A stretch of DNA of 64,000 nt from a virus: positions 72,433 to 136,432 of IMG/VR virus record IMGVR_UViG_3300018080_000117. One strand, written 5' to 3'. Of this stretch, positions 58,188 to 64,000 are shown in pieces; within the stretch, counting starts at the first letter, position 1, and each line of letters opens with the position of its first letter. The translations under genes and the position numbers were made by a program. Under the pieces are notes generated by a model that was not told where the DNA came from, did no database searches, and saw only the letters and a program-made list of their open reading frames with translations.

Positions 58188-58403
58188 ATGAACGACAGGT
58201 ATTTGCTGCACTCAAGAGTTTGCGACTTCGTCATGCTGGTAGAAAACAATGCCCCGTGCAGCAACACTCTCAAAAGCATTTTGGTGCTCGTGGATAAGCT
58301 AGGACCACAAGCAACGCCTTTGTTGAGACTAATGCAGCAGTACCCCTACCCCCTCGACCAAATCTTCAAAACAAGCCTGTCTTTGTTAGAGGACACACGA
58401 TGA
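58188..58403 (+). CDS. hypothetical protein
   Basis: Strong RBS. Confidence 0.65.
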   Translation: MNDRYLLHSRVCDFVMLVENNAPCSNTLKSILVLVDKLGPQATPLLRLMQQYPYPLDQIFKTSLSLLEDTR

Positions 58404-59641
58404 GCTTTCACTACCGCCAATTTATCAAAATGGTAGCCCCCCGTAGCGGGCTGGCTACCAAGACCCTGCAAGAAGCGCAGGATTCGGTAGAGGCTTTGCA
58501 GAGGTTATTGGAAAAAGCAAACAACAAAATGGAAGTCGGGATGTCCTTTTCGGCTCTTTTGATGGAGTTGATAAGGGAGATATTAGACCGTGAAACTTAT
58601 TCCTATACGGATCTAGTAGATAACGGAAGGTTTGCTGACCCGCTAACGTTTTTTGGTCAGCTTTTACACCCAGAAGGGGACTTCGCAAACCTGAGAGCAC
58701 ATCTATCTTTTAGTGCAGTGCTGCACTACCAGGTATGCGCGTACGAAATTGCGGGTAAGCATACGTACGAAGTTAGCTCGGGGTTGGCAGAGCAACTACG
58801 GGCCACTACCCTCAAAGGGGTAAATAACGAAGACCTGACTTTACCTTACGAGAGTCAGTTTGTAAGTATTCCCAAGTCCGCCAACCTGTACACCTACAAC
58901 GATCAAAGTGGTTGGCATCGAGTCGTAGGGGCATACCTTACAGAAGAAAGAACCAACAAAAAAATAGCAAAGTTTTCCTCACCCGACAAAAGCGCAGTCA
59001 TCGGACATTCGGCGGGAACAACCACTCCTTATCGAGTGTGGCGGGTGATGGTTGTTGGCGAAGACAAAGCGATGGCGGGCGACGCGGTAGCGGACGACGC
59101 AGTAAACTATTTCCGCGTAGAACTCCATCCAGGTAAATCGGTCGAGGACGCCGTCAACGCGGCGCAAGAAACCTTCGACTCAATTAAATACGATGACCCG
59201 AATAGCCTAATGATCCGGGAATGGAAAAATATTTTTTACTGGCTAATGAATTTTAGCTTGTATGTGACGCACGTCGAACCTGGCGAGCACTGGATCGCCA
59301 ACAAAGAAGCCCGCCAACTTTGGGATCGCATCGAAAAGCTTCCCAAGAAGTCTCCAAAAAAGAAAAAGCTTAAGCAACGGTTTGCTAGTTTGGACCCCGA
59401 ACTAACAATTCTGTTGGGGCAGAAAATAAAAGTAAGTCGCCGTAAAGGCGGTAAGAGCAACGAGCACCAATCGGCAACCGGTCCTCAGACCGCCCTGAAG
59501 GTCGCTAGACGGGTTCCGGGGCACTGGCGAAGGGTTGTGCATGGGCCAAAAGGTATGCTGCGTAGGTGGCAATGGATCGCGCCGTACTGGCGAAACAAAG
59601 ACGGAATCAAATTGAGCGGCGACACGCACCTCGCCAGTTAG
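58400..59641 (+). CDS. hypothetical protein with C-terminal V.GHWR...W..PYW motif
   Basis: 413-aa ORF; motif typical of uncharacterised phage proteins. Confidence 0.75.
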   Translation: MSFHYRQFIKMVAPRSGLATKTLQEAQDSVEALQRLLEKANNKMEVGMSFSALLMELIREILDRETYSYTDLVDNGRFADPLTFFGQLLHPEGDFANLRAHLSFSAVLHYQVCAYEIAGKHTYEVSSGLAEQLRATTLKGVNNEDLTLPYESQFVSIPKSANLYTYNDQSGWHRVVGAYLTEERTNKKIAKFSSPDKSAVIGHSAGTTTPYRVWRVMVVGEDKAMAGDAVADDAVNYFRVELHPGKSVEDAVNAAQETFDSIKYDDPNSLMIREWKNIFYWLMNFSLYVTHVEPGEHWIANKEARQLWDRIEKLPKKSPKKKKLKQRFASLDPELTILLGQKIKVSRRKGGKSNEHQSATGPQTALKVARRVPGHWRRVVHGPKGMLRRWQWIAPYWRNKDGIKLSGDTHLAS

Positions 59642-59795
59642 TGGGAACATGCATGAAAAAAACACGAAGAGTAAGTTGGCTGGGCGGCCCTAACGGAGAC
59701 CTAAAAAAATGCTCCGAGTGTGACAACCTAACCAGGTATTGGCATAAAGAATCTAACCTACCGCTCTGCAAGGTTTGTGCAAAAGGAGAAGAAAT

Positions 59796-60182
59796 ATGCA
59801 AGTAAGGGATAGAGAGTGTATGACTTGCAAGAATAAGTGGACCTCGCCGGTCCGACTTTCCAAAAACGCAACCGGGATTTCTGGAGAGGCAACAGAATTC
59901 TGCATTTTTTGCGGCGAAAAAGCCGTTGTATCGTCTCCCGTTCGGGAGGCTTCGGCAGAAACGACCGCATTGGTCGACATTCTCGGCTGGTTGGACGAGG
60001 CTCGTGAGCACATATGCGATTTGTGGTCTGCAATCGAACCAGCAATGTCGAAAAAAATGTGGGAACATTACGAAGAGGTTTTGACAAAAATTACTGATTC
60101 TCAAAGAGCGGCGGAAGATTGTTTGGGCGGGTACGATTTAGCCCAAAGTTTGATGTACGAAAGAGAGGCAGAAAACGAATGA
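59796..60182 (+). CDS. zinc-ribbon protein
   Basis: AGGAG RBS; CMTC...CIFC. Confidence 0.6.
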   Translation: MQVRDRECMTCKNKWTSPVRLSKNATGISGEATEFCIFCGEKAVVSSPVREASAETTALVDILGWLDEAREHICDLWSAIEPAMSKKMWEHYEEVLTKITDSQRAAEDCLGGYDLAQSLMYEREAENE

Positions 60183-60670
60183 AAAAGACGCTAGTTTGCA
60201 AAACCAAAAAGGGGCGTGTGGTCGAGATCAAAATCGAGCTACGCCAAAAAGAAAAAGGGATTTCAATTGATCTCGAACCGATCAAAGGCCACCTAGAGTT
60301 AGGAATCAGCGGCGGTATTTGGAATTTCAAAAACACAGACTACATTTGTGTAGGGCAAATACAAGGAGAGCTACGAAGTAGACTAGAAGATAAAGACTTA
60401 ATTTTTCACGACGAAAGTCTCACCGAAGAAAAGCTCAAGAGATTGTTGGATATCTGGGATCGTTGGCACCTCAACACTCTAAACGCAGGTACCCGTGAAC
60501 AAAATCAAAAAGTAAAAGAAAGGCTAACCGAGGAAAAATATACTTACCCAGGGGCATGCATAGTTTTGAAAAACTCCGATCTGTATGAAGATCGGGGGTA
60601 CCGATACGGGTCGAAATGGTTAGTAGATCTGCTTCCAGAAGAAGTCATCGAAGAAATCAAATCTTGGTAA
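60179..60670 (+). CDS. conserved phage hypothetical protein
   Basis: WDRWHLN.LNAG...GYRYGSKWL..LPEEV. Confidence 0.7.
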   Translation: MKKTLVCKTKKGRVVEIKIELRQKEKGISIDLEPIKGHLELGISGGIWNFKNTDYICVGQIQGELRSRLEDKDLIFHDESLTEEKLKRLLDIWDRWHLNTLNAGTREQNQKVKERLTEEKYTYPGACIVLKNSDLYEDRGYRYGSKWLVDLLPEEVIEEIKSW

Positions 60671-60680
60671 GGGGAACACC

Positions 60681-61178
60681 GTGAAAACAGCATTTGCCAA
60701 AGGCTTTGTCGTTAATGTCGGGGACTGCACTCTTGAAGAAATTTCAGAGAAGCAATGGGACATGGCTAAAGAGATGATCGAAGACCAAGCCTTTAGCGCC
60801 TCTGTCTACTACGTCGACTACAAAGACAGACTAACGTTGACAGTAGTAGACCACCTACTACTAGATTCCAAAAACGAAGTTTTTGACTTAATGGTGTCGG
60901 TTGCACCTAAGTCGAAATGCGTTGGGTTTATCTCAACCGCGTGGCAATCGACTTTCAGAAAAGACGAAAAAATTCCCGATTCCTTAGCTGACGATCCAGG
61001 CAGAAAAGAAGTGTTGATTCAGCTTTACTCCGATCCGACCCAATACTACCAGCGGTCCGGGGAAATTGTTGAAAACAAGGTAACGAATGAGAAATTCATG
61101 CACTCTGCGGACCCCCACACACAGGCAATCGGAAAAGTTATTGACCTTTACAACATTAACAAACGAGTTTATCACTAG
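60681..61178 (+). CDS. hypothetical protein
   Basis: AAGGGG RBS; STAW...DDPGRKEVLI. Confidence 0.65.
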   Translation: MKTAFAKGFVVNVGDCTLEEISEKQWDMAKEMIEDQAFSASVYYVDYKDRLTLTVVDHLLLDSKNEVFDLMVSVAPKSKCVGFISTAWQSTFRKDEKIPDSLADDPGRKEVLIQLYSDPTQYYQRSGEIVENKVTNEKFMHSADPHTQAIGKVIDLYNINKRVYH

Positions 61179-61187
61179 GAGAAACTA

Positions 61188-61397
61188 ATGGAAGCGATTT
61201 GCGTAAAATGCGGTAACGAGTATAGGTGCAAGAAAAATGGGGTTTCCATCGAGTACAATCGCAACGGTGCTGCAGTATATTACCGTTCCGCAGACCTTTA
61301 CCAATGTCCGTCCTGCGGTCACGAAATAATTTTAGGAATCGCAGACACTCCTGCCAAAGAGCCTTCTACTATTCCACTCGTGGTAATACACGTATAA
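61188..61397 (+). CDS. zinc-ribbon protein
   Basis: CVKC...ADLYQCPSCGHEI. Confidence 0.7.
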   Translation: MEAICVKCGNEYRCKKNGVSIEYNRNGAAVYYRSADLYQCPSCGHEIILGIADTPAKEPSTIPLVVIHV

Positions 61398-61404
61398 TCT
61401 TCCA

Positions 61405-61596
61405 ATGAAATGCCAACAATGCGGGAAAAAGTTTAGTTCTGAGATTAGCCTCGGAATGCATTTCCACTGGGGCTGTCCTGAGAAAATCAAGCAACTTTAT
61501 CAGGAGGGGTATACCGTAGACCAACTCCACGCTAAGTTTCCCCGACGATCAAAAGAAGTAATTGAAAGCATTGTGGGGATCGTATGGGACGATTGA
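61405..61596 (+). CDS. small zinc-finger protein
   Basis: CQQCGKKF...MH...C. Confidence 0.6.
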   Translation: MKCQQCGKKFSSEISLGMHFHWGCPEKIKQLYQEGYTVDQLHAKFPRRSKEVIESIVGIVWDD

Positions 61597-62324
61597 GAAT
61601 ATTAGGGATTGACTTAGCTCTAAATCACACGGGGGCTGTACTACTTGTAGACGGGAAGCTTAGCCAGTATTGGTATTGGACAGCCTCTTCAAAATTGGCA
61701 AAACTAAGCAAGCGCGGGGTAAAACTAACGGTCCCGCACCAAATTAAAAAGGACATGCACCTACGAAATTTGTGGCGTCTAGAATTTATTCGAAAAAATC
61801 TAAAGAAAATAATCAAAGAAGCTAAGCCCCATTATGCAGGGTTAGAGGATTACGCAGTTGGAAAAAGCCAAGGAGCCCACTACTTGGGAGAAGCTGGTTG
61901 TTTGCTAAGGCTAAGCTTAGCTCATGCTCGCATTCCCTTCCGCGCATACGACCCCCACTCGCTAAAAATGTTCGCTACAGGCTCTGGGAACGCCCCTAAG
62001 GAGATTGTTGAGCCCAAGGTATCCCAAAGGTGGGGTGTAAGCTTCGAGAAGTTCAGGGGCGAAATAAAGAAGAGCAAGACAAAAGAGGTAGTCAAGGACT
62101 GCGAAATTAGCGCAGATTTAGCCGACGCCTTTGTTGCAGCCAAGCTAGCGGAGACCGAGGTGCTCTTGAGGCAGGGAAAAATCAACCTCTCGGACTTATT
62201 AGACGATAAACAACGGCAGGTGTTTCTGAGGACTACGAAAACCTACCCGATCAACATTTTGGGCAGGGGTTGGATCTCCCTCAAGTCATTGTCGATAGAG
62301 CCAAAAAAAAGAAACCCAAAATAA
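61584..62324 (+). CDS. ruvC: RuvC-like Holliday junction resolvase
   Basis: ILGIDLALNHTG, GLEDY, LGE, LKMFATGSGNAPK, DLADA. Confidence 0.85.
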   Translation: MGRLRILGIDLALNHTGAVLLVDGKLSQYWYWTASSKLAKLSKRGVKLTVPHQIKKDMHLRNLWRLEFIRKNLKKIIKEAKPHYAGLEDYAVGKSQGAHYLGEAGCLLRLSLAHARIPFRAYDPHSLKMFATGSGNAPKEIVEPKVSQRWGVSFEKFRGEIKKSKTKEVVKDCEISADLADAFVAAKLAETEVLLRQGKINLSDLLDDKQRQVFLRTTKTYPINILGRGWISLKSLSIEPKKRNPK

Positions 62325-62385
62325 GCGCGAATACGATCATTACAGTTCCTACCGTAAACAAATTCTGCTTAAATTCGTCTTTCAT
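62281..62385 (-). CDS. 34-aa single-TM peptide (not in the ORF track)
   Basis: GGAGG RBS; MKDEFKQNLFTVGTVMIVFALILGFFFLALSTMT. Confidence 0.6.
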   Translation of the reverse strand: MKDEFKQNLFTVGTVMIVFALILGFFFLALSTMT

Positions 62386-62409
62386 AAGGTCCTCCCACTT
62401 AGGTTTCAA

Positions 62410-62449
62410 GAAAAAAGATAAGTAGGAGCCCTCACGGGGAAGGGCTCCT
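62410..62449 (-). terminator. intrinsic terminator-like hairpin
   Basis: 9-bp stem AGGAGCCCT/AGGGCTCCT followed by ACTTATCTTTTTT on the minus strand. Confidence 0.6.
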
Positions 62450-62454
62450 GGTTA

Positions 62455-62526
62455 CGCCTGGCACCCACAGCGGAAGGTACCATCACAACCTGCTGGTGTT
62501 ACTTTTCCGCCACTGCCAGCTAGGCG
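62455..62526. ncRNA. long imperfect stem-loop (sRNA or leader)
   Basis: Nested pairs CGCCT/AGGCG, CTGGCA/TGCCAG, GCGGAA/TTCCGC, ACCA/TGGT. Confidence 0.5.
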
Positions 62527-62542
62527 GGATCCGACTAAAGTC

Positions 62543-62571
62543 ATTATACATTAGTTTTTGAAAAAGAATAA
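62543..62571 (-). promoter_or_regulatory. promoter with perfect -10 box
   Basis: TATAAT with TTTTTCAAAAA in the spacer; weak -35. Confidence 0.5.
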
Positions 62572-62667
62572 AGGTGGTCAGCCCCTCTTTTAATTGCCAC
62601 TGACCGGATTCAAAAGTTTGAGAAAAGGGAAGAGGGTTACAGCAAATATCCCCAGCCTAGCGCCTTT

Positions 62668-63075
62668 TTAAGGGGTACTCCTTTTTGCAGTGCGCGCCAT
62701 TCGCTGCAAAAGCGAATCCCGTATCCGTTGGAACGGGTGAAATTGGTAATGCAGTGATCTGAAATGCTTGTTCTGAATTTCTCTATCTCTACGACTAAGG
62801 TATTTCTTAGCCGGTCCTGCTAGACCGATGGCGGACTTTAGATTAGCTCGCTGACTACATTCGGGGTGCATGCGACTAATAAGCAAGTAATAGCGCCAAG
62901 TGTGCATAGCATGTTCAACCGCACCTTCCGCGTACTCTGCAGGAACACCGGCTAACAATAAACACTGTGAGGCAATGTCCATGCGTGCGGGGTCTTTACT
63001 GGTGCAGCCTTTGATGAGCAAAAGCAAGCCGCCGATATCTGCACTCTCCTTAATTTTTATTTTCTTGAAAAACAT
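62668..63075 (-). CDS. hypothetical protein
   Basis: 135-aa ORF downstream of the 47-bp repeat. Confidence 0.55.
   Translation of the reverse strand: MFFKKIKIKESADIGGLLLLIKGCTSKDPARMDIASQCLLLAGVPAEYAEGAVEHAMHTWRYYLLISRMHPECSQRANLKSAIGLAGPAKKYLSRRDREIQNKHFRSLHYQFHPFQRIRDSLLQRMARTAKRSTP
62867..62892. repeat. 26-bp direct repeat, copy 1 (copy 2 at 63826-63851)
   Basis: TGCATGCGACTAATAAGCAAGTAATA, exact match. Confidence 0.9.
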
Positions 63076-63101
63076 TTACGCTCTTCGTTCAATTACTTTT
63101 G

Positions 63102-63148
63102 AAAAAGGTGCAGGACGGTACCTCAAATAAATATATCCAATTTAGTCT
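63102..63148. repeat. 47-bp direct repeat, copy 1
   Basis: AAAAAGGTGCAGGACGGTACCTCAAATAAATATATCCAATTTAGTCT. Confidence 0.95.
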
Positions 63149-63378
63149 AGACCTTCTTGGGGTGGTAGCTTTTCAAGGAACCGTGCAACTTCAATCGCTG
63201 GAGTCTTAACAACTTGTACAAGTGGTGACTCGTCGTAGAACATCTCATTCTGCGTTGACCGGCTTGTTTCGACAACAAAACCGATCCTGGACTCTGATCC
63301 GGGTCCTCCGCGTACAACTGCATGTTGTCGTGGTCCAGAGCATCCTGGCCAACACCGCCAACTTGATCTCAGTCTCAG

Positions 63379-63639
63379 TCATGACTTCCTCACCTTCTCC
63401 AACATGTTTTTCTTCTCGGCCTCCAGCCCGTCCAGATCGATGTCGTAGTAGTCCGCCAACACGGTCTGGATGCTCCGCCGATCTGGGGACAGTCCCCGCT
63501 CCTCGTAGTAAACCGCCAGGTGAACTCCCTGGCTCTCCAGCCATTCCAGAAATTCCCCGATCACCTGAGACTCCGCCTGGACGGCCTGGAGCTTTTCATG
63601 GATCGGGTACTGGGGATCACTCGTCGTCGAGGGGGTCAT
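63379..63639 (-). CDS. conserved phage hypothetical protein (in GC-rich segment)
   Basis: GGAGGA RBS; YPIHEKL...SQVIGEFLEWL. Confidence 0.7.
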   Translation of the reverse strand: MTPSTTSDPQYPIHEKLQAVQAESQVIGEFLEWLESQGVHLAVYYEERGLSPDRRSIQTVLADYYDIDLDGLEAEKKNMLEKVRKS

Positions 63640-63825
63640 CCAGGTCCTCCGCTTCTACTAGGGCCTTCAGATCCACCCCAGCCTTTCCCAGGAGCCACTT
63701 GAGCATGGGCAAGTCCTCACCCATCACCGCCAACTCCCGCTCGAAGATCATCCCCGCCGTCACCGGAGACCAACCCAACTTGGTTCCCGACCGACGCTGG
63801 TACTCCAGCAACTGGCCCTCCGGGA
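63617..63825 (-). pseudogene. 5'-truncated GC-rich gene fragment
   Basis: Frame begins at the junction with the 26-bp repeat and has no good RBS. Confidence 0.4.
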
Positions 63826-63880
63826 TGCATGCGACTAATAAGCAAGTAATATGTCCTTTTCCCCGTTAGATTCACTTTCA

Positions 63881-63927
63881 AAAAAGGTGCAGGACGGTAC
63901 CTCAAATAAATATATCCAATTTAGTCT
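63881..63927. repeat. 47-bp direct repeat, copy 2
   Basis: Identical to 63102-63148. Confidence 0.95.
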
Positions 63928-64000
63928 TAGTACCGTCCCGCGATTACAACCGCGTGGCTGCCCTAATTTTGATTTGAAACGCCCAAGCTCCTGTTGAGAT

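Noticed and set aside
62455-62526. SRP RNA, tRNA or a known riboswitch
   Set aside because: Lacks the SRP helix-8 motif and any aptamer consensus I can recognise
63222-63869. 215-aa plus-strand ORF
   Set aside because: Pro/Ser/Arg-rich antisense shadow of the GC-rich minus-strand genes
63102-63927. 47-bp repeats as a CRISPR array
   Set aside because: Only two copies, 779 bp apart with genes between them, and no cas genes
1-64000. Stop-codon reassignment
   Set aside because: Conserved genes are full length in code 11, and TAA, TAG and TGA all end tightly tiled genes

Overview
This window looks like part of a large, gene-dense contractile-tailed (myovirus-like) bacteriophage genome that uses the standard genetic code. 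From left to right it contains: (i) 0.1-25 kb, transcription, replication and recombination genes (sigma factor, DnaG core, SF2 helicase, DnaC-like loader, DnaB, a separate CHC2 zinc finger, UDG-PolA fusion, RecA, SSB-like, SbcD/SbcC, two DNA methyltransferases), with a GC-rich tnpB-only IS200/IS605 element inserted near the start; (ii) 25-31 kb, probable head/packaging genes and lysis genes, with a stand-alone response regulator; (iii) 31-44.7 kb, a large nucleotide-sugar and glycosyltransferase cluster (rfbC/B/A, gmd, aminotransferase, methyltransferase, four GTs), with fcl and a nucleotide-sugar dehydrogenase outside it; (iv) 44.7-53.7 kb, a minus-strand baseplate/tail-fibre block; (v) 55-64 kb, mosaic small genes, ruvC and repeat-bounded cassettes. 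The most notable observations are a pseudoknot-like RNA motif present twice with compensatory base changes (one copy in an apparent stand-alone sRNA, one overlapping the TnpB guide), the extensive phage glycosylation toolkit, a poly-A-frameshifted Dam-like methylase, a split primase, and a structured leader upstream of a 34-aa membrane peptide. All functional calls come from reading motifs by eye; no database searches were run.
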